From assembly GCA_963759805.1 (NCBI GenBank), contig CAVXAT010000001.1, positions 224,001-288,000 on the forward strand: a stretch of DNA of 64,000 nt, given 5' to 3'. Below the pieces are notes generated by a model. That model saw only the letters and a program-made list of their open reading frames with translations, was not told the origin of the DNA and did not search any database. Origin of the DNA: an uncultured bacterium (GTDB lineage: Bacteria; Babelota; Babeliae; Babelales; RVW-14). Positions 45,857 through 57,050 of this stretch are shown piece after piece. Made by a program: the position numbers and the translations under genes. How positions within the stretch are numbered: position 1 is the stretch's first letter; the number at the start of each line of letters is the position of its first letter.

Positions 45857-47254
45857 TTAAAGTATAAAAAAAGCGAGTAATGCAATCGCTATTGATAATA
45901 CTAAGTAACGTGGGTTTGCATGAAATTTAGGTTTAATCTTCCATATGGAGTAAGCGTTTATTGATACCATGGCAAAGCTTAGCATCTTTATACTTATAAT
46001 TCCAAGTAAGATCGTTGAAAGTGTCTGACAGTGTTTTGAATAACTAATGAAAATATAGAAAATTGTGAACTCTAAGGCTTTGTAGCAAAAAAGCCTAAAA
46101 GACTTCTCTTCCATGACGTAAAATTGCTCATAAAGTGATGTTACAAAATCTATTATTTGAATAGTTAAGAAAAGTAGGGCCAATCCTATTGTTGCGGTGC
46201 TTAAATTTGAACAGTTAGCATAACGAAGTATTTTGGAGTGGTTTATAAAGAGAATAATTATAAGTGGACCAAGCAGTGTTGAAAGCTTTCGAGTTATTAG
46301 CTCAAATGCATGTTGTTTTTCATGCGGGGAGCTATTTTTTAGATTGGCAAGAATAGCATTACCCAGATATCCAACTGAAATTTTAAACATTGATTGAATG
46401 AAGTGTGCAATGACGGCAGCCAGATAAAAAAGTCCTGCATACTCAAACCCAAACTTTAAAGCGAAAAATGGTGTAAGGAAGTTTGATGTGAAAACTTCGC
46501 GACTTAGACGTAGAAGATAATTAAAAACTTTTGCATTAATAATTCTGTTTTTAATCTTAACCGGCAAGCTTACCTCTGCTGAGGGAAGGTTTTTATATAT
46601 CTTATAAAATAAAGAAGAAAATATGATTGTTACCATTAATGAATCAACTATATGAAAAACTAATATACTTTTTAAAGTAATAGGTAAATTAAATAGAATA
46701 TATGGAATCCAGATCAAAGTTAAATAAAATAAAAATGAAGCCACATCAATAAAAACGGTCTTTTTGCACTCAAGGCTTGTGTAGAGAAAAAGACGTAAAA
46801 ATGATCTGATTGATTCGAGTACAATGGTCGATAATATTGCAATAAGTGTTAAAGTATCGATACTTGGAGCTCTATAAAACACTAAAAATATGGAGGCAGT
46901 TACTGCTGTTAATAAAAGCAGTGGAATATGGGGCAATAAATAAAATCTAAAAAGAAGACGCTTAAAGTTTTGCTTGCTTTTAATAAATAGATGAAAGAAT
47001 GGAAGAATTGAAGTGCTGGCTCCAAAGTCTGCAAACTTTGTTACAAGATAGATAAATGATAAAGTGCTTGCAATAAGCCCGTACTCTCTAGGCATTAAGT
47101 AATAAGTTAAAAGTATATTATGGACTGTTTTAGAAGTTTCATAAATGATGCTTCCCGTGACAGCCCAGCGGAAACCCTTGTGGAATCGTGCTTCAAGCAA
47201 ATTTAATTCATTGGGGGAGGGAAAGTATTCTATATTTTTATGAGTCATAAACAA
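45857..47254 (-). CDS. Multi-TM membrane protein, Wzx/MOP flippase-like
   Basis: 465 aa, about 12 hydrophobic segments, L.PREYGL...ADFGAS near the N-terminus. Confidence 0.65.
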   Translation of the reverse strand: MFMTHKNIEYFPSPNELNLLEARFHKGFRWAVTGSIIYETSKTVHNILLTYYLMPREYGLIASTLSFIYLVTKFADFGASTSILPFFHLFIKSKQNFKRLLFRFYLLPHIPLLLLTAVTASIFLVFYRAPSIDTLTLIAILSTIVLESIRSFLRLFLYTSLECKKTVFIDVASFLFYLTLIWIPYILFNLPITLKSILVFHIVDSLMVTIIFSSLFYKIYKNLPSAEVSLPVKIKNRIINAKVFNYLLRLSREVFTSNFLTPFFALKFGFEYAGLFYLAAVIAHFIQSMFKISVGYLGNAILANLKNSSPHEKQHAFELITRKLSTLLGPLIIILFINHSKILRYANCSNLSTATIGLALLFLTIQIIDFVTSLYEQFYVMEEKSFRLFCYKALEFTIFYIFISYSKHCQTLSTILLGIISIKMLSFAMVSINAYSIWKIKPKFHANPRYLVLSIAIALLAFFIL

Positions 47255-47258
47255 CCTT

Positions 47259-47314
47259 CTTGTCCGTCGACTTGTCCTCCGACCTGTCCGTCGTAGCTCG
47301 GAGAGCGAAGTCGG
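47259..47314 (-). repeat. Type-B REP-like element with repeated GGACAAG tails
   Basis: The minus strand reads TCCGACTTCGCTCTCCGAGCTACGACGGACAGGTCGGAGGACAAGTCGACGGACAAG. Confidence 0.75.
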
Positions 47315-47739
47315 AAAAAATCCTTTTCAGTCAAATTACTATAACAAGGCTTTTGCGTTTTGTAAGCGCTTTATTGATAAAAATACTAAATACTTAATTT
47401 TAGTGTTGATTTTATGTATTTTAAATATGGTGCAATTAAATGAGGGTTAGGGGGGAAGGATTTGGGGGTTGCGCATTGGGATAATAAACAGCGCAACCTC
47501 TATTTCTTTTCTTTGGATTTCTTCAAAAGTCCTAAGGGGGAATAAACGGAAGTACCATAAGATGTATGTTTGCTATTAGAAATTGAAACACATGTTATTA
47601 CATTTACTTTTCTATGCAGCTTGTAAGATAATTATTTTTTCTGTTATAATCATTTTATCTGTGGTCTGTGATTTACGTGTGGCGGGGAAAGTTTTCAGCA
47701 GACAAGAGTTTGTCGGAGACAATAGTCTGAGGGAATATC

Positions 47740-48297
47740 ATGTTTGAGCCCAATGATAAGGTTATTTATCCAGGACATGGCGTTGCAAATGTTGATGGTG
47801 TTATCGAGAAAAACGTTGCTGGTTCAAGTGTAAAATTTATTAAACTCTCTTTCATATATAAGGATATGACCATTTTGGTTCCAGTTTATAATGCTGATTC
47901 TATTGGTCTACGATATATTAGTTCGCAAACAACCATCGATCAGGCATTAAAAGAACTCAAGAAGGAACCGGAGAAGAAGTTTGAGGGGATTGATTTTACT
48001 CCCAGCGGTTGGAATAGAAGGAATAAGGATTATCAGCTGAAAATTCAAGGAGGAAAACTTCTTGATGTTATCAGAATATATCGCGATTTGATGTATATTG
48101 CTCAACAAAAAGAGTTGTCATTCGGCGAAAGAATGCTCTTACAATCAATAGAAGATCTTTTAGCCCAGGAAATTCAATCCGGAAGAAACATTTGTCGCGA
48201 AGAGGTTATCCAAGAATTACGTTGTCACTTCAAGCAGTTATTGAATGTTCCGACATACTCAAAACTTAATGTAAAAAATGGTGTTCAGGCTGCTTAA
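47740..48297 (+). CDS. carD: CarD/CdnL-family transcription factor
   Basis: FEPNDKVIYPGHGV, GLRY, WNRR, RDL, LSFGER. Confidence 0.9.
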   Translation: MFEPNDKVIYPGHGVANVDGVIEKNVAGSSVKFIKLSFIYKDMTILVPVYNADSIGLRYISSQTTIDQALKELKKEPEKKFEGIDFTPSGWNRRNKDYQLKIQGGKLLDVIRIYRDLMYIAQQKELSFGERMLLQSIEDLLAQEIQSGRNICREEVIQELRCHFKQLLNVPTYSKLNVKNGVQAA

Positions 48298-48314
48298 AAT
48301 ATTGCAGGCTATGC

Positions 48315-49316
48315 ATGCACTCTAATCTTAGGGCTTTGATAATCACTGGCCCAACAGCATCAGGTAAAACACAACTTTCAGAGATGATTGCCTCCAAACG
48401 TTCATGCGAAATAATTAATGCCGATGTGGGACAATTTTACAAGCCACTTTCAATTGGAACGGCAAAGCCCGATCTGGCCAATGTTCCATACAAACACCAT
48501 TTATTTGACTTACTTGATAAATCTCAAGATTTAAGTGTTGTGAAATATCGAAAGCTTGTTATCGACTTGGTAAAAGATATCTGCGGACGGGGCAAAATTC
48601 CAGTTATTGTTGGCGGTTCTCTTTTTTATATCAAGTCGCTGTTTTTCCCGCCTCTTTGTCATCCTGAACTTGATTCAGGATCTATCCAAACTCTTGCTCC
48701 TTTAAATATTGATAATCTAAGTAAAAGTCAGCAATGGGAGTTGTTACGCCAAATTGACCCGGAAAGAGCTGCAATGCTTCATCCAAACGATAGTTATAGG
48801 ATTGGGCGAGCATTGGCAATCTGGAAGAAAACGGGAACAGTACCGTCAGCATATAACCCTTTGTTTGATCCAGCATTTAACGCATTAATTGTTTATATAA
48901 AGCCCGATCTTACAACATTAAAAGATCGTATTTACTTGCGAACATCTTTAATGATAAATCCTGAAGATCGGCCAGGGTGGATTGATGAGGCTCAGGGTTT
49001 GGTTGGGACAGAATGGGAAGAATTTTTAAAAACCAAAAATCTAATCGGGTACACCGAAATTTTTGACTGGATCAAGGCCGGCAAAAAACAGGCTGAGCTT
49101 CCTGCTTTGATTGAGCGAATTCAAACTCAGACTATCCAATATTCCAAACGCCAAAAAACTTTTTGGAAAAGTTTTGAGCGTAAAATTTTGCAGGCATTTT
49201 CAGAATCAGACTTTTTAGTTCAAACGAAGTTTGTTCAGATGACGTCTGTCGGTTTGCCGGACGACCAAATTTTGAATCAAGTTTTAACGGCATGGGATAA
49301 CTTTTCAAATAACTAA
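48315..49316 (+). CDS. miaA: tRNA dimethylallyltransferase with a 9-aa palindromic insertion
   Basis: GPTASGKT, INAD, IGTAKP, VGGSLFY, HPND..R, YSKRQ.TF. Confidence 0.92.
   Translation: MHSNLRALIITGPTASGKTQLSEMIASKRSCEIINADVGQFYKPLSIGTAKPDLANVPYKHHLFDLLDKSQDLSVVKYRKLVIDLVKDICGRGKIPVIVGGSLFYIKSLFFPPLCHPELDSGSIQTLAPLNIDNLSKSQQWELLRQIDPERAAMLHPNDSYRIGRALAIWKKTGTVPSAYNPLFDPAFNALIVYIKPDLTTLKDRIYLRTSLMINPEDRPGWIDEAQGLVGTEWEEFLKTKNLIGYTEIFDWIKAGKKQAELPALIERIQTQTIQYSKRQKTFWKSFERKILQAFSESDFLVQTKFVQMTSVGLPDDQILNQVLTAWDNFSNN
48657..48683 (+). repeat. Type-C palindrome in frame in miaA (CHPELDSGS)
   Basis: TGTCATCCTGAACTTGATTCAGGATCT. Confidence 0.88.
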
Positions 49317-49589
49317 TTCAATTTATTAAATTAATTTAAAATAGAAAACTTACAGTATTGGGGTAATTTAGTGCCATATTTATGCCAATAATTTACTGGA
49401 CAGAATCCAAAAACGTTGCTTAAAATTGATTTTTATTTGAGTTGCCTTCTGGGTTCGATCTGGACGTTGTTTTAAAGGGGCATTTATTGCAGTAAAATTT
49501 TTTGAAGACCAAATTATGGCTTGATGTTAAATTTGATGCTAAAGTGATTATCCAAAAACAAATTAAGTTAATAAGTTAAAGGGAATCTA

Positions 49590-50279
49590 ATGAGTTTCTT
49601 AAATTATTTGATCACGGCAGTTATTCTTACTTTTGTAATTGTTGCTTTTGTTATTTATATAAGATCTGACTTTCGTAAAGATGAAAAAATTTCATTGCCG
49701 GCACCAATATTTGATGGAAAAATTTCCGTTGAAAAGGCTATCAAAACAAGGCGTTCAATCAGATCATACAAACAGGATAATCTTACCTTAGCGCAGGTGA
49801 GCCAGTTGCTTTGGGCAGCTCAAGGCATAACTAGTGATGATGGTTTTAGAACAGCCCCATCAGCCGGAGCAACATATCCACTTGAAATTTATCTTGTTGC
49901 AGGCAAGGTTACGGATCTTGCATCCGGAGTTTATAAATATCTAAACAAAGATCATGTACTTGTAAAAATTAGTGATGGAGATAAGCGTGCAGAGTTAAGT
50001 GATGCAGCGCTATCTCAAGAGTGGATTAAAGAGGCGCCAGCTGCAATTGTTGTTTGCGGAATTTATGAGAGAACATCTAAAAAATATGGCGAAAATGCCC
50101 CAAAGTATGTTCATATGGAGGTGGGGTGTGTTGCGCAAAATGTTTACCTGCAAGCTACAGCCATGGGGTTGGGAACGGTCTTTGTAGGTGCGGTTGAAGA
50201 GGGAAAAATTGCTCCCGTTTTGCATCTGGATAAAAATGAACATGCGTTTGGTATTTTGCCTGTGGGGGTTATAAATTAA
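49590..50279 (+). CDS. SagB/ThcOx-like nitroreductase-family protein with N-terminal TM
   Basis: RRSIRSY, LLWAAQG, RTAPSAGATYPLE, QNVYLQA. Confidence 0.85.
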   Translation: MSFLNYLITAVILTFVIVAFVIYIRSDFRKDEKISLPAPIFDGKISVEKAIKTRRSIRSYKQDNLTLAQVSQLLWAAQGITSDDGFRTAPSAGATYPLEIYLVAGKVTDLASGVYKYLNKDHVLVKISDGDKRAELSDAALSQEWIKEAPAAIVVCGIYERTSKKYGENAPKYVHMEVGCVAQNVYLQATAMGLGTVFVGAVEEGKIAPVLHLDKNEHAFGILPVGVIN

Positions 50280-50461
50280 ATTTAGATTTAAGTTAAGCCA
50301 ATTTTTATCGTTTACATAAGGGTTTTGTATCCCCAGAAAACTCTGGGGGTAAATATTTGGTATTGGAAAAAACGTTGTTATCCTGTAAACTCTGTTATTG
50401 AAAGTTGTTGTAATTAAGAAATTTAGTATTACTAAAACGTAAGGACAGAAAGGCTTTTTCG

Positions 50462-52423
50462 ATGATTTATATATTTAGAAAAGAGATGAAAAAATGGCAC
50501 ACAGTTTTATGGGTCGTTTTTGCTGCATTGGCGCTTGGTAGCGGGTTTGGGATGTTTATCAGCAGAAGGGGAGGGGATGAAACTGTAATTGGGAGTGTAG
50601 ATGGTAAAAAGATTTATTTTAATGATTATAGGCGAGCTCTCAAACGGATTATGGCTCCATATATGCAGCTTTATGGAATGTCAGAAGATAAACTCCTAAA
50701 TTTACTGGGCCAATTTGGTAATCTGGATGAGATGGCTTTTAATATCTGCGCTGAAGACAAATTAATTAATAGCATTCAACGAAAATTTAAAATTTATATT
50801 GATAAAGAGACGCTTAACTCAAAATTAGTTGAATCTATTCCCGAAAATGTTCTTGATGAGAATGGCAAAGTAAATATTGAGATGTATCATAATTATCTAA
50901 AGATGCTTTCAACGACCTCTGTCGAATACGAAAAGTCAAAAGCATCTGAATTTAAAAACGAAGTTGTGAAACTCTTAATCTCAAATTCCTATACTCAACC
51001 AGATTTTTTTACAAAAGAGATTTTTGAACAAGAGTATGTTAAGAAAAATTTTGAAATAGCAGAGTTTACGCAGGACCATTTTTTAGCCCAGGCAAAGAAA
51101 ACTACTCCGGATGCAAAAAGTCTGGAGGATTTTTATGCTCAAAACAAAGAAGCCTACAGAATACCCGAAAAGTATAGGGCTAAGTACTGGGAGCTCAGCC
51201 TAGACAGTTATGAAAAGGCTATTGAGATTGATGATCAATCAATTAAAAGTTTTTATGAAAAAAATAAGAGTTCTATGTTCAGAATAGCTCCAAAGGTTAA
51301 GGTTCGTAAAATTTTGATAAAAAAAAGTAAAGGGGCAAAAGATAAGGAAAGCGGCTACAAAACGGCCGAGGGGATACATCAGAAGACCAAGCAGGCTCCG
51401 GAAAAATTTGCCGAGCTTGCAAGGCAGTACTCGCAAGATGTGTCTACAGCTAAAAATGGCGGGCTTGTTGATTTCTTCAGCAAGGGTAAATATGATTCTG
51501 CTTTTGAAGTTGCTGCGTTTAAGTTAAAAGAGCCAAATCAGATCTCTGATATCGTTGTAACTAAAGATGGATATGAAATTATTCAGTTGGTAGAACGAAT
51601 TAAGGCTGTTGAAAAACCGCTGGAGAGCGTCAAAAGTGAGATTGTAAATTCGCTGCGTAGTAAGCGTGCTGTCGCGATTTTGCAAGGTGAGTTGGGAATC
51701 ATGATGCATAAAGCCAGAGAGGATGCAACTGCTCTTGATAGTTTTGCAAAAGCACATTCATTGCAAGCGAAGGAAACTGATTGGTTGGCAGAAAAGGATA
51801 TTACGGATGCAGACATTATGGGCCAAATCTCCCAAAGATTGTTTTCAACAAAGAAGCAAGAAAGAGCGATGGGACACTTCAAGACAACCGGAAATTACGT
51901 AATTTACAAATTAATTGATACTCAGAAGAGTTATGTGCCTGATTTTGTGGCCGTTAAAGATACCGTCCTGAAAAATTATTATAAAAATCAGGCTACTCAG
52001 TTGCAACGCAAGGCTGTTAGCCAAATCAAGATGGATATTCTTAATTCGCAAACAACTTTAAAAGATGCGGCTACACGTATCGGTATTAAGGTTATAGAAA
52101 CCGGACTAATCCAAAAGGGTGATACAGTAAAAGGATTTGATGAGAAGATGCCACTTATGAGCAAACTGTTTGTCCTTACCGATAAAAAACAGGTTTTACA
52201 GGACATGTATGAAAATGACTACTATTTAGTTACGCTAAAAGACGTGCAGCACGATGATGAGCAACGCTTTGAGGATAAAAAAGAGGATATTAAAAATAAA
52301 GAAAAATTAAAAGAGGCTAGAAAGCATACAAACGCCTTTATTGCATCATTACTAAGAAATGCTAAAATAGATATGGATAGAAAAGTACTAAGTTTACACA
52401 AAAACCACTCGAAAGACGCTTAA
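50462..52423 (+). CDS. PpiD/SurA-like membrane-anchored parvulin PPIase
   Basis: N-terminal [13 protein letters not shown]...GGLVDFF...FEVAAF...ISDIV.T.DGYEII. Confidence 0.85.
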   Translation: MIYIFRKEMKKWHTVLWVVFAALALGSGFGMFISRRGGDETVIGSVDGKKIYFNDYRRALKRIMAPYMQLYGMSEDKLLNLLGQFGNLDEMAFNICAEDKLINSIQRKFKIYIDKETLNSKLVESIPENVLDENGKVNIEMYHNYLKMLSTTSVEYEKSKASEFKNEVVKLLISNSYTQPDFFTKEIFEQEYVKKNFEIAEFTQDHFLAQAKKTTPDAKSLEDFYAQNKEAYRIPEKYRAKYWELSLDSYEKAIEIDDQSIKSFYEKNKSSMFRIAPKVKVRKILIKKSKGAKDKESGYKTAEGIHQKTKQAPEKFAELARQYSQDVSTAKNGGLVDFFSKGKYDSAFEVAAFKLKEPNQISDIVVTKDGYEIIQLVERIKAVEKPLESVKSEIVNSLRSKRAVAILQGELGIMMHKAREDATALDSFAKAHSLQAKETDWLAEKDITDADIMGQISQRLFSTKKQERAMGHFKTTGNYVIYKLIDTQKSYVPDFVAVKDTVLKNYYKNQATQLQRKAVSQIKMDILNSQTTLKDAATRIGIKVIETGLIQKGDTVKGFDEKMPLMSKLFVLTDKKQVLQDMYENDYYLVTLKDVQHDDEQRFEDKKEDIKNKEKLKEARKHTNAFIASLLRNAKIDMDRKVLSLHKNHSKDA

Positions 52424-53490
52424 TGTCAAAAGAAGTATCAACAACCAAAGAAGCACATAATTCGGCTTTGATGAAAATTTCTCCTGAAAAATTTAAGTCG
52501 TTAGAATCGACCTTTGCTCAGATTGATAAAGAGTTTGGAAATGGCTCTGTAATGTTGTTGGGCCAAAAAACAGATACAAAAATTGAAGTTATTTCAACCG
52601 GTTCTATTTTGATTGATTCTGCTCTTGGAGTTGGAGGTCTTCCCAAGGGTAGAATAGTTGAAATTTTTGGGCCTGAATCTTCGGGTAAATCAACCCTTGC
52701 TCTGCACTCAATCGCTCAGGTACAGAAAAATGGCGGTGTTTGCGCCTATATCGACGCTGAACATGCAATGGATCCATCCTACGCTACAAAGGTTGGGGTC
52801 AATGTTAATGAATTGATCATTTCTCAGCCAGATTTTGGCGAGCAGGCTCTTGAAATTACAGAGATGCTGGTCAGATCCAATGCCGTAGATTTGATTGTAG
52901 TAGATTCTGTTGCCGCATTGGTTCCAAAAGCCGAGCTAGAAGGTGACATGGGTGATTCGCATATGGGGTTACAGGCCAGACTTATGTCACAGGCGCTGCG
53001 AAAACTCACAGCCGTTGTACACAAGTCAAAAACTGTTTTGATTTTTATAAATCAGATCAGAAGTAAAATTAATCACGGTATGCCATCATTTGGACCAACT
53101 GAGACAACAACCGGTGGAAATGCCTTAAAATTTTACTGTTCGATTAGAATTGATATTAGAAAAATTGCAACATTAAAAAAAGGTGATGTAGCGTTTGGAA
53201 ACAGGGTTTCCGTTAAGATCGTAAAAAATAAGGTTGCTCCTCCTTTTAAAAAGGTTGAAGTTGATCTAGTTTTTGGAGAGGGTATCAGCGTTGAATTGGA
53301 AATCTTGGATACGGCTCTACATTTTGGGATTATAAAACAGGGCGGCGCCTGGTTCACATATGAAAATGAACGACTGGGGCAAGGGCGTGAAAACTGTGTT
53401 AAAAAAATCAAGGAGGATAAGAAGTTGCTGGATGCTTTGTTAATTGCAGTAAGAGAAAAAATTGATAGTCAGGGATTTGTTTGTGAATAA
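52423..53490 (+). CDS. recA: Recombinase RecA
   Basis: [43 protein letters not shown]. Confidence 0.98.
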   Translation: MSKEVSTTKEAHNSALMKISPEKFKSLESTFAQIDKEFGNGSVMLLGQKTDTKIEVISTGSILIDSALGVGGLPKGRIVEIFGPESSGKSTLALHSIAQVQKNGGVCAYIDAEHAMDPSYATKVGVNVNELIISQPDFGEQALEITEMLVRSNAVDLIVVDSVAALVPKAELEGDMGDSHMGLQARLMSQALRKLTAVVHKSKTVLIFINQIRSKINHGMPSFGPTETTTGGNALKFYCSIRIDIRKIATLKKGDVAFGNRVSVKIVKNKVAPPFKKVEVDLVFGEGISVELEILDTALHFGIIKQGGAWFTYENERLGQGRENCVKKIKEDKKLLDALLIAVREKIDSQGFVCE

Positions 53491-54037
53491 ATTTAAAGAT
53501 AATAATCAAGATTTACAGAGCAAGTACCGAGTAAATGAGGGTATAAAAGCCGATACGGTTATGGTAATTGGCGGAAATGGTGAGAATTTAGGGGCCATGT
53601 CCAAGCGTCAGGCTTTGTCTGTCGCCGAAGCCGAAGGTATGGATCTTGTGCAGGTGGGGGAAAAGGATTCAGTAGTAATCGCTAGAGTAATGAATTTTGG
53701 TAAATTTATTTATGAGAAGAAAAAACAGATGGGTGAGGCTAAGAAGCATCAAAAGGTTATTCTGATCAAAGAGATTAAGATTCGTCCAAGCATTGATGAT
53801 CAGGATTACAGAACAAAGCTGAATAAGGCCGAGGGCTTTTTTAAAGACGGTAATAAAGTTAAATTTACCCTACAGTTCAAGGGGCGCGAGGTGCCAAAAA
53901 TGGATGAATTTGGCAGCAAGCTCTTTGCAAGAATTTCCCAGGATTTGGCGGCCAAAAACATCGGAATCCTTGTAGAAGAAAAAGACAGCAGGGGTGGCGT
54001 GATTTGGTCCAAAATTTACTTTCTTAAAGAGAAGTAA
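53483..54037 (+). CDS. infC: Translation initiation factor IF-3 (start uncertain; GTG at 53483 chosen)
   Basis: [25 protein letters not shown]...DY, F.GRE. Confidence 0.92.
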   Translation: MNKFKDNNQDLQSKYRVNEGIKADTVMVIGGNGENLGAMSKRQALSVAEAEGMDLVQVGEKDSVVIARVMNFGKFIYEKKKQMGEAKKHQKVILIKEIKIRPSIDDQDYRTKLNKAEGFFKDGNKVKFTLQFKGREVPKMDEFGSKLFARISQDLAAKNIGILVEEKDSRGGVIWSKIYFLKEK

Positions 54038-54045
54038 ATTTTACC

Positions 54046-54074
54046 CTGGCATTTTTGAATTTATATGTTAAAAT
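54046..54074 (+). promoter_or_regulatory. Candidate sigma70 promoter for rpmI-rplT
   Basis: CTGGCA-17 bp-TAAAAT with a TGn extended -10. Confidence 0.45.
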
Positions 54075-54146
54075 GACTTATAAACTAGTGTTGTTTTAAA
54101 TTATAGAACTTTTCAAATTGTAAATTAGAATTAAAGGGATTTATTA

Positions 54147-54341
54147 ATGCCTAAAATGAAAACTAATTCATCGTGTAAAAAGCGTTTTGTTAAAAATTGT
54201 AAAGGTAAGATTAAGAGGTCTCGCGCCTATAAGAGGCACCATTCATGGGCAAAAGGAACTAAAAAAGTTCGTGAACTGCGTTCAGGAGTGTTTTTTGAAA
54301 CAACTCAAAATAGAAAAATTTCAAAAGCGATGCCTTATTAG
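54147..54341 (+). CDS. rpmI: 50S ribosomal protein L35
   Basis: MPKMKT..S.KKRF; lies between infC and rplT. Confidence 0.93.
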   Translation: MPKMKTNSSCKKRFVKNCKGKIKRSRAYKRHHSWAKGTKKVRELRSGVFFETTQNRKISKAMPY

Positions 54342-54385
54342 TTTTGTTGATATTTATTTTTCATAACCTGAAATTGAGGTTTTAA

Positions 54386-54733
54386 ATGAGTAGAGTTAAA
54401 CGTGGTGTAATTACCAAGAAAAGACATAAAAAAGTTTTGAAACGAGCCAAAGGTTTTTGGGGGCAACGTAAAAACGTATTCAGACGTGCGCAAGAAACCG
54501 TACTTCGTGCAATGCATTTTGCATTCGTTGGTCGCAAACTGAAAAAACGTGATTACAGAGGGCTATTTATTACAAGAATTGGTGCCGCTTGTAAATCTCA
54601 AGGCATAAGTTACAGCGTTTTTATGGGTAAGTTAAAAAATCTTAACATTCAGCTTAACAGAAAGATGCTAAGTCAGTTGGCAATTTGGGAGCCAAAAGCA
54701 TTCGCAGAATTAGCTGCAATGGCCAAAAAATAA
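54386..54733 (+). CDS. rplT: 50S ribosomal protein L20
   Basis: MSRVKRG, AKGFWG, RKLKKRDYR.L.I.RI, LNRKMLS.LA. Confidence 0.96.
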   Translation: MSRVKRGVITKKRHKKVLKRAKGFWGQRKNVFRRAQETVLRAMHFAFVGRKLKKRDYRGLFITRIGAACKSQGISYSVFMGKLKNLNIQLNRKMLSQLAIWEPKAFAELAAMAKK

Positions 54734-54829
54734 AAAAAAATCAAATATGTTGAAATTTTTTCAACCAGCTTATTATTATAAGTTGTGTTGTTTTATGCTT
54801 AGTTTTGTGAGAAAAAGAGGAAGCGAGAT

Positions 54830-55078
54830 ATGAAGTGCTTGGAAGAGCTTGAAAGTAGGGTTCTTCATCTTATCCAGATAAATGCAGAATTAAAAATCAA
54901 GATTGATGAACTCGTTCGTGAAAATGAAGGGTTGAAGGGACAGGTTCATCAATTTGAAGAATCTCTTTTGCGTGAGCAAAGAGCTTTCGCAACCCTAGAA
55001 GATGAAAAAGTAGCTATCAGAAATGTTGTTGAAGGTCTATTGAATACAATTAACACTCTTGAGAGTTCTTCTAACTAG
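54830..55078 (+). CDS. ZapB-like coiled-coil protein
   Basis: Short all-coiled-coil protein directly upstream of zapA. Confidence 0.6.
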   Translation: MKCLEELESRVLHLIQINAELKIKIDELVRENEGLKGQVHQFEESLLREQRAFATLEDEKVAIRNVVEGLLNTINTLESSSN

Positions 55079-55090
55079 AAGTTTAATAGC

Positions 55091-55366
55091 ATGGATAAAC
55101 AGAAAAATTTGAAAATATCAATTCTTGGAAAAAGTTATCTCATCAACACCGATGAGACGCAGGAAGATGTTTTTGCAGCAGCGCATTTGGTTGATAGCAT
55201 GCTTAAAGAGAGTGCCTCAAAAGGTCTTGTAGCCGATGACAGCAAAGTGGCAGTTATTGTTGCCTTGCAGCTGGCTACAGAACTCAATAAGGCCCTTGGC
55301 AAACTCAGCGGGTTTGAAAGCAAAGTTGAACAGTTGAACGATTTGTTACAAATCGAACGACATTAA
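55091..55366 (+). CDS. zapA: Cell division protein ZapA
   Basis: ISILGKSY.I, AA.LVD..L, VAVIVALQLA.EL. Confidence 0.85.
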   Translation: MDKQKNLKISILGKSYLINTDETQEDVFAAAHLVDSMLKESASKGLVADDSKVAVIVALQLATELNKALGKLSGFESKVEQLNDLLQIERH

Positions 55367-55486
55367 GCTTTTTGTTTTGTAGCTATCAATTTTTTGTGCA
55401 ATCCCTTTGCCTGTCCTCTATTCTCACAAAGTTTTATAAGTTTTTTGTTTTTGTTTTAATCTAGCTTTTGAGATGGGGATAATAAG

Positions 55487-57046
55487 ATGTTTTTGATGTT
55501 CGAACTAAGTCTTCTTGGAGCAGGGTTTGTTCTGGGATTTCTTTCTTTATTAATCTACTTTATTGCTCAGAAAAATAAACTTTTTCAGACGCATCAAAGT
55601 GTACAAAATATGCTTCAAACAGCAAGAGATCAAATTGAAAAGGATCGTCGTGAAGCAACGCTTGATCTTAAAAACGAGCTCCATAAAAAACGATCTGAGT
55701 TTGATATTGATGTAAAGAAGGGCAAAATTGAGCTACAGCAGCTTCAGGCTAAGTACCAAAAAAAGGAGGATGCGCTGGACCAAAGAGAGGCTGTTCTTGA
55801 TGATCTACGCCGTGATTTACAGCAGAAGGAACGTGATCTTTCGCGTAGATTAGACTCTTTTGCTATTGATGAAGTCAAAATTAAAAAGCTTTATGAAGAT
55901 CTTGTTCTAAAACTTGAAAAAATTAGCGGAATGAAACAGGATGAGGCCAAAAAGGTACTGTTTGAGTCCTTAGAACGCGAAGTCAAGATTGCAAGTCAAA
56001 AATGGGTTTCCAAAATTGAAACTGATGCCAGGGAGTTGGCAAAGGATAAATCAGTTGAAATTTTGACAAGTGCAATGCAACGATATCTAGCCGACACCGT
56101 AACATTACACACCTCAAGTGTTATAAATCTTCCAAACGATGAAATGAAAGGCCGCATAATAGGTAAAGAGGGTCGCAACATCAAGGCTCTTGAGATGGCA
56201 ACCGGAATGGAGTTTGTGATTGGTGACACCCCTGAGGTAATTACAATTTCCGGTTTTAATCCCATTCGCCGTGAGGTTGCAAAACGTGCTCTAAATAAAC
56301 TTATTATCGATGGTCGTATTAATCCCAGCAGAATCGAAGAGACGGTTGCTAAGTGCGAAGAAGAGCTTGACCAAGCTGTTACGGAAATTGGGCAAACTAC
56401 CGTTCTTGAATTTGGGTTGAGAGGAATCAACACGGAGATATCAAAGCAGCTTGGACGTCTCTATTTTAGAACAAGTTATACTCAAAATAACTTGGTACAT
56501 AGTAAAGAAGTTGCTTATTTTTCAAAAATGATTGCTTCAGAACTTGGACTTGATCCTGAAATTGCGGCAAGAGCCGGTCTATTACATGATATAGGTAAAG
56601 CCGTTTCCGCAGAGGTTGAAGGAACCCACGCAGTTGTTGGTGCCAATTTTGCAAAAGAGTATGGCGAAGACCCAATTATTGTAAATGCAATTGCAAGTCA
56701 TCATGAGGAAGTCCCATCAAGCAACCCATATGGAATTATTATACACATTGCAGATGCAATCTCTGCCTCAAGACCCGGTGCGCGAAAAGAGACTTTGTCT
56801 ACTTATATCAAGCGTTTAGAGTCGTTGGAAGAGATGGCCGCAACATTTGAAGGGGTTAAAAAGGCCTATGCGTTGCAAGCCGGTCGCGAAATTCGCGTAA
56901 TAGTTGATGAAGACCGACTCGATGATGAAAGAGCTGCAGTTTTGGCTAGTGACCTTGCTAAAAAAATTGAAACTGATTTAGCCTTCCCCGGCGAAATAAA
57001 GGTTAATGTTATTCGCGAAAAACGCTTTATTGTTGCCGCAAGGTAA
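55487..57046 (+). CDS. rny: Ribonuclease Y
   Basis: N-terminal TM, coiled coil, KH (MKGRIIGKEGRNI), HD (LLHDIGKA), SASRPGAR. Confidence 0.96.
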   Translation: MFLMFELSLLGAGFVLGFLSLLIYFIAQKNKLFQTHQSVQNMLQTARDQIEKDRREATLDLKNELHKKRSEFDIDVKKGKIELQQLQAKYQKKEDALDQREAVLDDLRRDLQQKERDLSRRLDSFAIDEVKIKKLYEDLVLKLEKISGMKQDEAKKVLFESLEREVKIASQKWVSKIETDARELAKDKSVEILTSAMQRYLADTVTLHTSSVINLPNDEMKGRIIGKEGRNIKALEMATGMEFVIGDTPEVITISGFNPIRREVAKRALNKLIIDGRINPSRIEETVAKCEEELDQAVTEIGQTTVLEFGLRGINTEISKQLGRLYFRTSYTQNNLVHSKEVAYFSKMIASELGLDPEIAARAGLLHDIGKAVSAEVEGTHAVVGANFAKEYGEDPIIVNAIASHHEEVPSSNPYGIIIHIADAISASRPGARKETLSTYIKRLESLEEMAATFEGVKKAYALQAGREIRVIVDEDRLDDERAAVLASDLAKKIETDLAFPGEIKVNVIREKRFIVAAR

Positions 57047-57050
57047 TGTG

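Noticed and set aside
49590..50279. RiPP/azole biosynthesis cluster around the SagB-like gene
   Set aside because: No YcaO, precursor peptide or transporter nearby; it is a stand-alone nitroreductase-family gene.
55367..55486. 6S RNA between zapA and rny
   Set aside because: Only 120 bp, T-rich, and no long rod-like pairing is visible.
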